Shown: positions 20,126 through 30,480 of the stretch, piece after piece
Position numbering within the stretch: position 1 is the first letter of the stretch
Layout of the letters: every line of letters begins with the position of its first letter
Assembly (NCBI GenBank): GCA_000002435.2
Contig: CM018790.1
DNA length: 64,000 nt
Strand: one strand, 5' to 3'
Source of the DNA: Giardia intestinalis
Lineage: Eukaryota
The notes under the pieces: generated by a model
Told to the model about the DNA's origin: nothing
Seen by the model: the letters and a program-made list of their open reading frames with translations, nothing else
Databases searched by the model: none
Position numbers and translations under genes: made by a program

Positions 20126-21811
20126 ATGTCATCTCCATTAGATTTGCCCGTCAATCCCTCTTACCGCCCTTATGCAACGGCAGATGACCTCAGGGATGAT
20201 ATTGGCGAAAGTATTCGCGAGGGCGGTTCGTTTGGTGGGGTGTTTCGTCTCAAGAGTACGAGGGACAGGGTGGTCCAGAAGATCGTGGATAATAGCACAA
20301 GCTGTTCTACAGTAGCAAAGGATATGGAGCTGCTTCTTAATGCCGATAGTCATCTTTTAATAAAGTGTCATCAGATTGTGGTGGACAGCAGCGCTTGCTG
20401 CGTCTACGCCATCCTGGATTATTATCCTAAATACCTTCTAGATATTCTCAATAGCAGGAAAGCATATGGCACGGCTGTGGACCTCAGTACCTTTCTTGCT
20501 ATTGCTTACGATATTGCTCAGGGTCTAGCCTATTTCCACACTCGTCACTACACAGATTCTAACCGGGACAAGAATAACATCTCAACGCGCACATATTTCC
20601 ATGGCAATCTAAACTCTTCAACCATTATGTTCAATGAGGATGAAACTCACTGCGTTCTTACCTATCCAAAATTCCACGTAAGGACTTTAAAAGAAAACAA
20701 AGCAGCATCTAGTAATGCAAGATACGCTGCTCCAGAAATCAGGGCTGGCGCAGAGTACAGCTCGGCAGCAGATATGTGGTGTCTTGGAGTCGTCCTCTAT
20801 GAGCTCGTGGGCGGCAACCTTAAGCTCCTTCCAACTAGCACTCTGCCATTTGCAGAATCACAAGATGAGGCGTTTCTGGATGCATTGTCTGTCAATGACA
20901 CCTTCATCAGGAAAGTGTTGGGCTATTTGCTTAAGCTGAATCCCCACGAGCGTATCACAGTTATGCCTTTACTCCATATTCTGGAACTTTATCGTGATAA
21001 TCTGAAGAAGGTTAGTGAGATCAAGGAGCTTGAAGAAGCGGCTAGGCGGTTAGAGCAGGATAGTCTGATATTCATGATGAAAGGAAAGAGGGAGAGCTGC
21101 AGCGGGGGTACCAACGCCCATAGCACACTAGCTCAAACAGATGCTAATGGCAGAGCTAGAACTGAGCATGACCCGGGTACACTCAATAGTCATCACCAAT
21201 CGATTGAAGGTCAATCAGAGGAGGAAGATGGCGTCACTGCTCTGATGAGATTTGCAGACAGTGGTAATCTTTGGTTTACCCGCCTGTATCTACCAATGCA
21301 GGCAGGGAAGGTGACCACTGCTGGGGAAAACATTAAAGGCTGGGGTCTGAAAGGCCGAACGGCTCTTATGGGAGCGGCCCTACACAACAGACTCGAGATA
21401 GTGGAAATACTTGCACCATATGAGGCGGGGATGCAGCAGAGCTGTGATAACGCTACCGCCCTCATGATGGCGGCCTTCATGGGACACGAAGAGGTTGTCA
21501 ACATACTCGTGGACCGAGAGAAGTGCATGGTAGATGATTCGGGGTACACGGCTCTGATGTATGCTGTTTTACAGAAGCATCTATCGATCGTCTCTACTTT
21601 AGTATCGTGTGAAGCGGGAGCTCAGTCCAAGGACGGATCAACTGCATTGATGATGGCCGCATCCATCAACTATATTGATGCAGCTAGTATCCTTGTGTCC
21701 CACGAGGCGGGATTGAAAAACGACAAAGGATGTACCGCGAGAACGATTGCAAGACAAAATGGATTCAATGATTTAGAGAAGTTGCTTGCCGAATATGAGG
21801 GTGTAGACTAA
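20126..21811 (+). CDS. NEK-like protein kinase with C-terminal ankyrin repeats; predicted catalytically inactive (pseudokinase)
   Basis: Has a G-loop (GGSFGGVF), APE (YAAPEI) and subdomain IX (DMWCLGVVLYELV). The catalytic loop reads FHGNLNSSTIMF rather than HRDxKxxN, and there is no DFG. Four or more ankyrin units follow, e.g. TALMGAALHNRLEIVEILA and TALMMAAFMGHEEVVNIL. Confidence 0.8.
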   Translation: MSSPLDLPVNPSYRPYATADDLRDDIGESIREGGSFGGVFRLKSTRDRVVQKIVDNSTSCSTVAKDMELLLNADSHLLIKCHQIVVDSSACCVYAILDYYPKYLLDILNSRKAYGTAVDLSTFLAIAYDIAQGLAYFHTRHYTDSNRDKNNISTRTYFHGNLNSSTIMFNEDETHCVLTYPKFHVRTLKENKAASSNARYAAPEIRAGAEYSSAADMWCLGVVLYELVGGNLKLLPTSTLPFAESQDEAFLDALSVNDTFIRKVLGYLLKLNPHERITVMPLLHILELYRDNLKKVSEIKELEEAARRLEQDSLIFMMKGKRESCSGGTNAHSTLAQTDANGRARTEHDPGTLNSHHQSIEGQSEEEDGVTALMRFADSGNLWFTRLYLPMQAGKVTTAGENIKGWGLKGRTALMGAALHNRLEIVEILAPYEAGMQQSCDNATALMMAAFMGHEEVVNILVDREKCMVDDSGYTALMYAVLQKHLSIVSTLVSCEAGAQSKDGSTALMMAASINYIDAASILVSHEAGLKNDKGCTARTIARQNGFNDLEKLLAEYEGVD

Positions 21812-22178
21812 TCTTGCCTCTCCAATCCCGCCTCGGAACCTTTCACTCCATGGGTTCTAATCTTGTGTCTCAAATTTAAAAAATACGTCTCACAGAGGGT
21901 CAGAGGGCCTGCGGGTGCCCGAGGAGGTTACACGTTACCCATACAAGGAGCCGACGTGGTTCATCGCTCGGACATCACATTCCACTAGAAAAGCTTGTGC
22001 GTCGCCAACAAGAACCACCTCAATCAAGGGGTCTCCGATCAGAACCCAGGGGTCACCGGTTCAGCTTCGCACCATTGGCGTTCCTTCGGGACAGAGCGCT
22101 AGGAGGAGCATAAATACTCCGAGGCAAGACCATGCAGGTATCACTAGCCACCAACTTCCCGACCTTACTTCAGTGGCC

Positions 22179-22844
22179 ATGCTTACTAACAATCAGGCGC
22201 ACCAGCAGCCATTTCGTACTGTCTCACTTAGTTACCAGCGGGGGTCGATTCCATCGGCTTCTCCTATTTCTCATGCGTGGGGGCACAGAGTTGTGCTGAA
22301 CCAGGTGACAGCGAACTCCAATGATCCTTCTACTGGGCATCCATCCGGCAGATCCTCCCGTAGCTGCGCACACAGACAAACTAGTGAGCATGTGGTGCCG
22401 CTCTTAGTGACTGTGAAACCTTTGGTAGTGGATACTGACCAGCGAGTGTCTCATGGATCTGCAAGGTCTGTGTCGCCGCTGGCTTTGCGTGCAACGAGCC
22501 AGAGCACGTACAGGCTTGTTCCGGTTGACAATACCGCGCGTCTTCTTCGCCAGCATCCGCCAGGATCCTCCTTCAGGCCCCTTACCACGTCTCTTACCTC
22601 AATGGCCCCACCTTCAACGTCTTCAACTACGGAGCGCCTTCCGCATGCTGTCGACACAGCCGATGCTAGTGCTAGGTTTGTTGAGAGGGAGCCCGATCCA
22701 GATATTAAATCGGGGCAACCCACTGAGCCTATGGCCGAGGGGCCGGAGGCATCAGAGTCCAGGATGTATGTGCGAGGAAGGTTTATTTACACTCCAGAAG
22801 AGACGGATATCAACGACAATAGCTGCATAAGCTTTGCATACTGA
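22179..22844 (+). CDS. Hypothetical low-complexity S/T/P-rich protein (~221 aa); uncertain
   Basis: The ORF-caller start at 21915 is GTG; the first ATG is at 22179. This is the only sizeable ORF in a ~1 kb gap between convergent genes. It has a low-complexity composition and overlapping alternative-frame ORFs. Confidence 0.3.
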   Translation: MLTNNQAHQQPFRTVSLSYQRGSIPSASPISHAWGHRVVLNQVTANSNDPSTGHPSGRSSRSCAHRQTSEHVVPLLVTVKPLVVDTDQRVSHGSARSVSPLALRATSQSTYRLVPVDNTARLLRQHPPGSSFRPLTTSLTSMAPPSTSSTTERLPHAVDTADASARFVEREPDPDIKSGQPTEPMAEGPEASESRMYVRGRFIYTPEETDINDNSCISFAY

Positions 22845-22873
22845 CGACAGATGTGCAGGGAGCGGCTCGACAC

Positions 22874-25800
22874 TCATATACGCAGTTCCTGGATTATGCT
22901 CTTGGCCAGTTCTGTATCCGGTGCTGTCCATAGAAAGTTCTTCTGGGCTAGATATACGTGTAATAGAGACAGCTTGAGACTATCTAGTTCGGCTCTGAAT
23001 AGAGAGCGGTATCGGTCTATGGCTATTTCCAAGGACCGGTTGCTCTGCACTGCGTCAATATTGAGTATATATTTGGGTATGTCGCCGCGGCCGGCAGCGA
23101 CGTGAATGACTCCCCGTTCTGCAAAGGCCATATTGACGAGCTGCCACAGAGAACTGCATACCAGTACATATGAGTTTTTACGGCCCTTGATTTGGGCCCA
23201 CTCAAAGTATTGCGAGGTTGAGCCATTATATGGAAGAAAAGATCCTGGGCTTCTCTTTGAGTCGTCAGTGCTCTTGTTTAACCTGTGCGATTCCTCCTCG
23301 CCTATGATGTCTATGCCCATTATCTGCGTCAGCTTCTGTGTCAGCTCTGTCCTAGAAGCTGTGTTGTGGCTCTTTTGCGCAGAAAACATCGGCATGGAAA
23401 AGCCGGTGGCGTTATACTTGAAGCAGCCGGGTCTCCCTACTATGTCGTCCAACTGTGGCTCTATGGGATGATCCATTATGATGTTCGAGACCCTAGACAG
23501 TAATAGCTTTATCAGGCAATACCACAGTGCCAGCGAATTGACCGTGCATTCATCAGTAAAGTCTATAGGCAGCGGAGGCTGTGACTGCTGCTGGGTACCC
23601 TCCTTTTTGATTGTTTGCTCCGTACACAGGGTGTACTCATCCGCCCTTAGTGTCACAGAATTGATTATGCTGATGTGCCCAGCTTTTGCAAATGCAAAAC
23701 TCACAGTTTGGATGAATGTCGCAGGCACGTAGAGACCGTAGATAGATCGGCCCCTTTGCAGGATGGCAGATATTTCTTCCTGAAAAGGCTCTGTAGAACT
23801 GCAAAAACACACATAATTGATAGCGCTGCGATACTTCCAGTAATTGCTAGCGACCAGCAGGTGGGACGTAGCTGATGGGGGGACTTGCTGAAAGTACCGC
23901 AACTGAGTAAGCTCGTGTGGGCTTGGGTCTTTATAGCAACCGCCACAAGATATTGTTTTCACAGCGCGGTAGCACCAGTTGTAATATTTGAGGTTGTGCA
24001 TTTTATTAGCCAGATCTTCAAGTGAAGAGCCCTTGACGACTGTCATATCGCACCGAGGGCTATAGTAAATGGTTGTATCCTTGAGATGAGGCGGAAGGGG
24101 GTACTTTATAACTTTGGCTCGCCCGTCTGTCACCAGTTTGTCGGCAGACTCGTAGTCTTCGATGGCGTTCTGTAGGTCGGGCGCCAATTTCCCACTCTTG
24201 AATAGGAGAAGGGCCACCAGCTCCTCGTCCTCGCCTGTCACAATTGGCTTTAGCAGCTTTAGCTTGGCAGAAGCCTCTTCTTCTATTATTCTCAGCTTAG
24301 CTGGGAATGAGAAGTTCAGAATTTTGAGTATGGTAGGCAGCTGGGCCTCAATACGGTAACTGTAGCATAGCATCTTGATAAAGGTGGAGAAGGCGAAGGA
24401 GCTTACCTTTGTTCGGCCAGCTCCCCTAATGTAAGAGAGGGTGGACCTAGCTAGTCCTGCATCCACGAGCACTAGGCTCCGAATGGACGGCAGATACCGG
24501 AGCCTGCGCCTACTGATGGATGCTCCTGATGAATTTTTATACAACTGGATCCAATATGCCAATAATGGGGTGAGAAATTGATATTTCAGAAAAGCCATTC
24601 TATTAATAGAGTACAGGAGAGACTCTATGTGAAATCCTTTAGCAGTGAAGAGGTAGAACAGCATCGAATAGTGTCTTTGGACGTGAGAAATCTCAATCAA
24701 GCGATATACCCCGTTGAACACATAAAAGTCCACAACATAGAGCAGGCCCCGGCTCGTCACATCGATGGGACACGGGTGGACTCCTATGTATGCCTTCATG
24801 AAGTATCCAACGCAGGCGCTCGTGAATAGAGTTACTCTCTTTGATAAGATAGTAGAGATGTCGCAAGTCTGCTGGTTACCTGTGTCTAGAGTCTTATACG
24901 TTTCCAAAATAAGCGCTACGATGTTATAATGGTTCTGGCAGAACTGTTGCAGAGCGTTTTGTTCCTCTGTATGAGGCTGTCCAGTGTATGGAGCATGAAT
25001 ATTGAGGAGTTCGATTGGCTGTGAAAGCTCCAGATAGCTGTGTAATTGAGACTCTATGGCCAAGAGTTTGTTAAGCGCAGCTTTGGGTGAAAGCTCAGAC
25101 TTCTGATCTGCTTGTCGGCCAATGCATCCCGTACTTTGCTTACCCTGAGAGACTAGGAAGCTATCATCGCTTATGTCTCCTACCAAACTGAGAGACGTAG
25201 AAATAGTCTCGCGATTGAAGCGAGCGCGTGCCCGCTTTCGGAGTGAGGAAAGGGACACACGTTGCTTATTGTCGGGCGCTGGCAAGGCGTCGAGAGGGTC
25301 GGAATTTATGTCAATTAGCTCTACTTGCTTGTCAGCCGAAGAATTGGACACATTGTCATCGTGGTGAAAGTCTATCTCTAAAATCTTGCCATGAAACGAA
25401 GTTAGTTGAGTGAAGATCTTCATGTTAGCCTGCAAAAGTGTGCACACTCGAGGCATTCCATTGTCCCTCTGCTCCTGCTTTGACCACTGATGCAATACAG
25501 AACTGTCAGCGGAGATAGTACAAGAGCTTACATTTAAGCTGTGATCTAGTTTGCTCAGCGAAATAACCATGATTGTGTAGTACTCCTCCTCCTGGGCCTG
25601 AGTAAATTCAGAGAATGACAAACTACCAAACTGAGGCACCACAATAGGAGACCGTAAGTGCGCATGTGATGGATCTATCAGCCCTTCACTCCCTTCGTGT
25701 GCAAGGAAATATGTGTAGGTTGCGAAAAAGCGAGTCAACTGAGTAAACTTGGTTAATTTTTGTCGCAGGTTCTTGGAAACAAGCGTTGGAAGATCGTCTC

Positions 25801-28800
25801 TGAGCGTGTCTAGAGAGGCAAGTATGTCCTCAACGGCCTTTGTCAGTGCATGCAGACTGGTGGTTGTGTTGAACAGTGAGGCCAGTGCCCGGGTTGATAC
25901 TTTGCCAAGTTTTGCTGGTTTGAGCCTGGTGTTAAGATGATCGAAATATTCTAAAACGAGCAGTCGTAGTAGATTAGAAAGACGCTTTTCAATAGAGTCG
26001 GTTGAAGGAGAAACCATAAGATCAGAAAGATGAGAAGAAAGCTCTTTCCACGGATGATCGGTGCTATTCTGGAGAATGTCATAAAGATTATGCTCATGAA
26101 ACCTCCTGTACTCGTCCATGAAGTGCTCAGTAAGCGTAGGCTCCACTCTAGTGATGATGCCGTGAATGAACTGAAAAGGGTCGCGAAGGGTAGGCACAGT
26201 CCTGGACGCCCAAAGATGACGCAGCTTTGCGAAAGTTTCAGGCTTGTCCACTGAGCACCCCAATGCCACCATGCAGCGTCCAACAAGTTCCGCCACAGAA
26301 GGGTAGACATTCAAGAGCGAACATGCTTCCGAAAGCTCACACAGATGCACGGTTGCTAGCCAAAAGCTAACGATATCACAGCTTATCTTTTCTGTCAAGT
26401 TTCCCGCAATATCATCCCACGTAGAGACACAACCGATCATCGTGAGCACAGTCTCCAGAAGAGAGAGGGTCAGCGTCAGTCCAAAGTTGACAACCTCACG
26501 AACCACAAAGAAAATCAGAAGTGAAAACGAAGGCACGATCAGGCACATCTGCTCCAGAGACGCCCCCCTGCTCCTTGCGCAAAGGGTGATAAGGAAGATG
26601 TATAGCACTAATTTCTTGCGCTCTGGGAGATCGTTAAGTAAGTCATATACGCTGAGCAGCTCTGCAAGCGCAAAGGAGGACGTGGCTTCACATGTAACAG
26701 GAAGTTCCTCTGCTATTGCCATCTTATATGCAGAGTGCTCTGCACCTAGTGCATCATAATGTACAGAAAGATATTGCAAGACATCAATCCAGGTCATCGT
26801 CACCATCTGATAAAAGCCTGCAGAGCGATCTAGTTCTCTGTCCACCAGAGTCGAGCCAAGCTTGTGACTTAGCTCCTGTATACCACTCGATGTGGACACA
26901 CCCTTGAGAATACCTCCGTCAGAAATGAGTAAGAAGAATATAGAAAAGCTTACATGGTATCGATATACAGAGACAGAATCAGATTGGTTGTCTAGACTCT
27001 TATAAATTAGCATAACCAACTCTAGATGATCAGTACTTATCTTAATATGTCCCCTAATGCCATTCAGATATGATAATACAATAGGTTGATGATGCTCAGC
27101 GGGCAGTGCGTAGACCACCACCAAGATCACAAGAAGTAGTTCGGTGAATAGAGTGGCTGAGTTCAGAGAGCTCGTGTCTGTGAGACGTTGTTTAGACTCA
27201 AGGCTGGAAGTTAGAGATAGCACATCTTGTATAGATAACGCTTTCAGCAACACTTCTAAACATGTATGACACATGTGACATAGCGGCTCTGTGTTAAGGT
27301 CTCTCTGATATGCCTCTGGAAATATCTTCTGGCAAGTACCTATCAGAGTGTCTGGATAAGGCATTCTGGTACAATCAGAAGGTACCTCTTCAGAGCCCAG
27401 CGTGCCAATAATAGCTACATATAACATGTACCTACTGAACTTTGCAATTTCAAAGTACATAGCTGCACCACCCATCAATTTATCAGAGAAAGTAGTGAGC
27501 AGGAGCCCTGTGATCTTCAATACCACGACAGTCGTGGCGTACACATTGCACTGTTCATTCCGCACTGGGATGTAATGAGTATCATCGCTCAGCAAGAATG
27601 AGACAAATGTAATTAATGTAGAAAGCTCTTTGCCGGCGCCAACGTGATGATCAATAAACAGAGATAGAATGCAGAGACTCAAAGAAGGAATACATCTACA
27701 GAATTCTGCTGTTTTTGGGAAAAGGCCGATTGAAGTGGATTGCACAGATGACGAAACACAGCCAACACAGCTCCCCAGACCGCTGATATGGTTTAGCAGC
27801 TCATTGTACTTGTTTGACAATAAAATAGATTGCATAATGGAGATAATTTGTGCCAGAATATCAGCCAGAACGACATCAGCAGCATCAACATTAATATCAG
27901 CAGCAGTAGCTGTTAGCTGCAGTAAAAGAGTTTGCAAAGTAGTGTGCAGACAGGTTACTTCATGCTCACTGAGATAGTCTATGCAAACAGCCTTCAAGAT
28001 ATGCAGCACAAGGCGCAGTGCTTCTAAAGCTGATAATGTGCCGGCATATCTGTCTCTGCATGCATTTAAAATAGCATATGCGTGTGTAGGCTGCATAGTA
28101 GGCTCTGACGGCCTGAAGATGGCACTATATTCTTCAGAAAATAGGAAGTCCCAGGAAGAGAGGAGTGATAAAAAGATGTTGGCAGAACAAGTGTCTGCTG
28201 AAGGGAAAGGGGGGTCAAGCAGAGTGTTATTGATACGTAAAGTAAAGCTGCTCTTCTCTATCTCAGCTGAACCATGTTGATACGTGTGCATGCGATACAA
28301 GAAGATGTGCAGCTGAAGCGTCAAGACACAGCTCACCGTATCTAGCTCAGTAGTGTCCCGGCCCAGCAAACACAAATTGCATAGCTTGATGACATCCTGC
28401 TGACTTTCCTCTAGATCATCAAGAAATGGAAGCGTATCAAAATTATGAGAACTCAATTGCTGAAAGATGTTACTAGTTAAGGCAGAGAGCATGGAACGAT
28501 CGCTGTGAATAGGGCAAGATAGTTGCAAGGCTAGAGCATTTAAAATTATAGATATAGCGTGAAAAATGCATAGCCAGTAAACGAATGTACAAAGACGATC
28601 ATTGACAAAGCAAACACGAAATTCGCGAGATCCGGTAAGGCATAGACTGGAAAAGCGTGAAACCAGTAACTCTACACGGACAGAAAGACTGTCTGTGTCC
28701 ACCAAATTAACTGCCTGCTCTCTCAATGAGACCAGACCGCGGTGGAGAGAAAGTAGAGATGAGTAGATGTAAATACTAACCAAGTCCGAATCAGCCTTGT

Positions 28801-29629
28801 GCTGAAGCTCTTTACACAAACAACTAAAGATGCCATTGTTAAAGTTCTGAGTGAACCCCAAGGTCTCCTTTTCTAACAGTAAGACAAAGGGCCCAATTGC
28901 TGCCACCGTACTGGGAAGAAGATCACATATTGTCAGTAGTCTTTTTTCCGGAAGGCTTTCGCCAGAAGAAGATGAAGATAATGACCCGTACATTGATTTC
29001 AGGGCTTTTTGTACACGTACGCTGTCTAGATAGAGATGATAGCACTCAGTTGACTCCAGAAGAAACTCAAAGCCAATGGGAGTGAGCTCTAAGAGGAGAG
29101 ATCGGAAGGTCCGGAGCTTCGTGTCTGTCATGATGTCTTCTGGAGAAGTCAACTCGGTGTAATGTGAAGATACAAGCAAAAGCAATTGTTCCATTTTGGA
29201 GTAGATCGTTGGCCCAGCAGAGGAAAAATGGGAATAATAATGCCTAGACAGGACTAAAAGCATGTTGTGCAACTCACCAAATCCGTCATGGCCAGCAGCA
29301 GACACCTGCCGAGTCAGCGCAAGAAGACACTTGATCAGAGTAAAAGCAGCAGTAGGCTGATTGCTTGAGAAGCGCTGAATTATGGCCTGTCGTGCATCCG
29401 ACAACCCATCCACTGTGAGTGCCCAGGTGTAAACATGAAACACAACTGTTGGAGTCACTGAGGCTATGTGGTGAATAACAGAACAAATCAGGTCATCAAC
29501 TTGGCTTGCGTCGTAGCTTAACCTCGAAAACTCACGCGTGAACTCTTGACCCTCAAAGCTAACAAACCGCACCACAAGGGATTTTCCGGGATCAAGAAGT
29601 GCCTCCAGCGGGAGAGAGGGCTCACCCAT
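22874..29629 (-). CDS. Giant hypothetical protein (~2251 aa), no recognisable domain
   Basis: Continuous 6.8 kb ORF. The ORF-caller start at complement(29696..29698) is GTG, so I moved the start to the first ATG at complement(29627..29629) (MGEPSLPLEALL...). Confidence 0.7.
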   Translation of the reverse strand: MGEPSLPLEALLDPGKSLVVRFVSFEGQEFTREFSRLSYDASQVDDLICSVIHHIASVTPTVVFHVYTWALTVDGLSDARQAIIQRFSSNQPTAAFTLIKCLLALTRQVSAAGHDGFGELHNMLLVLSRHYYSHFSSAGPTIYSKMEQLLLLVSSHYTELTSPEDIMTDTKLRTFRSLLLELTPIGFEFLLESTECYHLYLDSVRVQKALKSMYGSLSSSSSGESLPEKRLLTICDLLPSTVAAIGPFVLLLEKETLGFTQNFNNGIFSCLCKELQHKADSDLVSIYIYSSLLSLHRGLVSLREQAVNLVDTDSLSVRVELLVSRFSSLCLTGSREFRVCFVNDRLCTFVYWLCIFHAISIILNALALQLSCPIHSDRSMLSALTSNIFQQLSSHNFDTLPFLDDLEESQQDVIKLCNLCLLGRDTTELDTVSCVLTLQLHIFLYRMHTYQHGSAEIEKSSFTLRINNTLLDPPFPSADTCSANIFLSLLSSWDFLFSEEYSAIFRPSEPTMQPTHAYAILNACRDRYAGTLSALEALRLVLHILKAVCIDYLSEHEVTCLHTTLQTLLLQLTATAADINVDAADVVLADILAQIISIMQSILLSNKYNELLNHISGLGSCVGCVSSSVQSTSIGLFPKTAEFCRCIPSLSLCILSLFIDHHVGAGKELSTLITFVSFLLSDDTHYIPVRNEQCNVYATTVVVLKITGLLLTTFSDKLMGGAAMYFEIAKFSRYMLYVAIIGTLGSEEVPSDCTRMPYPDTLIGTCQKIFPEAYQRDLNTEPLCHMCHTCLEVLLKALSIQDVLSLTSSLESKQRLTDTSSLNSATLFTELLLVILVVVYALPAEHHQPIVLSYLNGIRGHIKISTDHLELVMLIYKSLDNQSDSVSVYRYHVSFSIFFLLISDGGILKGVSTSSGIQELSHKLGSTLVDRELDRSAGFYQMVTMTWIDVLQYLSVHYDALGAEHSAYKMAIAEELPVTCEATSSFALAELLSVYDLLNDLPERKKLVLYIFLITLCARSRGASLEQMCLIVPSFSLLIFFVVREVVNFGLTLTLSLLETVLTMIGCVSTWDDIAGNLTEKISCDIVSFWLATVHLCELSEACSLLNVYPSVAELVGRCMVALGCSVDKPETFAKLRHLWASRTVPTLRDPFQFIHGIITRVEPTLTEHFMDEYRRFHEHNLYDILQNSTDHPWKELSSHLSDLMVSPSTDSIEKRLSNLLRLLVLEYFDHLNTRLKPAKLGKVSTRALASLFNTTTSLHALTKAVEDILASLDTLRDDLPTLVSKNLRQKLTKFTQLTRFFATYTYFLAHEGSEGLIDPSHAHLRSPIVVPQFGSLSFSEFTQAQEEEYYTIMVISLSKLDHSLNVSSCTISADSSVLHQWSKQEQRDNGMPRVCTLLQANMKIFTQLTSFHGKILEIDFHHDDNVSNSSADKQVELIDINSDPLDALPAPDNKQRVSLSSLRKRARARFNRETISTSLSLVGDISDDSFLVSQGKQSTGCIGRQADQKSELSPKAALNKLLAIESQLHSYLELSQPIELLNIHAPYTGQPHTEEQNALQQFCQNHYNIVALILETYKTLDTGNQQTCDISTILSKRVTLFTSACVGYFMKAYIGVHPCPIDVTSRGLLYVVDFYVFNGVYRLIEISHVQRHYSMLFYLFTAKGFHIESLLYSINRMAFLKYQFLTPLLAYWIQLYKNSSGASISRRRLRYLPSIRSLVLVDAGLARSTLSYIRGAGRTKVSSFAFSTFIKMLCYSYRIEAQLPTILKILNFSFPAKLRIIEEEASAKLKLLKPIVTGEDEELVALLLFKSGKLAPDLQNAIEDYESADKLVTDGRAKVIKYPLPPHLKDTTIYYSPRCDMTVVKGSSLEDLANKMHNLKYYNWCYRAVKTISCGGCYKDPSPHELTQLRYFQQVPPSATSHLLVASNYWKYRSAINYVCFCSSTEPFQEEISAILQRGRSIYGLYVPATFIQTVSFAFAKAGHISIINSVTLRADEYTLCTEQTIKKEGTQQQSQPPLPIDFTDECTVNSLALWYCLIKLLLSRVSNIIMDHPIEPQLDDIVGRPGCFKYNATGFSMPMFSAQKSHNTASRTELTQKLTQIMGIDIIGEEESHRLNKSTDDSKRSPGSFLPYNGSTSQYFEWAQIKGRKNSYVLVCSSLWQLVNMAFAERGVIHVAAGRGDIPKYILNIDAVQSNRSLEIAIDRYRSLFRAELDSLKLSLLHVYLAQKNFLWTAPDTELAKSIIQELRI

Positions 29630-29694
29630 GAGTGCCAAAGGCGGGGCAGGACAGGGCTTATGGAGAAGATAGTTGAGCAAATTTAAAACCAAAT

Positions 29695-30480
29695 TCACCG
29701 TTTACTCAGCATGGCAGATATAGTCGACTTTACGCTTTCCAGCTGAGTCGAATCCAGCTCATTAAGAAGAGAAATGATGGCTGTCATGACGTGTTGGCTC
29801 CCTCGGCTGAGACTGGGACCAGAGCTCTGCTTGTTGAGCTGATGTGAGCGCGAATCCCTGTCCTGGGCCGTTGGATGTGCCGGTTCTCCCCAGCCCTGGC
29901 GTCTTTGACTATTTGGACTGCGGTCCTGATAAGCTGCAGCTGCAGGCTGTGGCTGATTATCTTGTGGCGGCTGGCTATATCGTCTCGGCGGCGGCAGTGA
30001 GGGAGCAGCATTCGCACTTGCGCTTGTCACGTTCGCAGCACTTGAGGGAAGCTCAATGGGAACTGTGAACCTTGTGCGTGCGGCCTCTTGAATCTCGGCC
30101 TGTGTGATATCGACGTCATCCAAGCGCTTCAGTTGTGGAAGGGCCTTGATTACATAACTTCGATACTGGGGATGGTCGGCGATGGGATTCTCACACAGCC
30201 AGAGCACGCTCAAATTGCGCAGGCCGCGCAAGTAAACGACCTCGCGGAGATCTGTAATGGCGTTTTTGCGAAGATATATCTCTGTCAGTGCGTGACACTG
30301 TGCAAAATCGGAGAGGGAATTGATGGAATTAACAGATAGGCTGAGAACCTCAACATTGATGAGTTCCCTGAGTACAGACACGTCACGAAGCTCGCTACCC
30401 CATATGTTAAGGTGTTTGACGTCCTTTAGGTCAGACTTCTTAGTCTTTGCAAGAATATAGTTACGAGTCAAAGTACTCAT
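29695..30480 (-). CDS. Leucine-rich repeat protein with LRRcap (CEP72/LRRC36/TilB-like) and a Q/P-rich C-terminus
   Basis: LRR units ...VKHLNIWGSELRDVSVLRELINVEVLSLSVNSINSLSDF...LTEIYLRKNAITDL, followed by an LRRcap-like VVYLRGLRNLSVLWLCENPIADHPQYRSYVIKALPQLKRLDDVDIT. ATG at complement(30478..30480). Confidence 0.75.
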   Translation of the reverse strand: MSTLTRNYILAKTKKSDLKDVKHLNIWGSELRDVSVLRELINVEVLSLSVNSINSLSDFAQCHALTEIYLRKNAITDLREVVYLRGLRNLSVLWLCENPIADHPQYRSYVIKALPQLKRLDDVDITQAEIQEAARTRFTVPIELPSSAANVTSASANAAPSLPPPRRYSQPPQDNQPQPAAAAYQDRSPNSQRRQGWGEPAHPTAQDRDSRSHQLNKQSSGPSLSRGSQHVMTAIISLLNELDSTQLESVKSTISAMLSKR

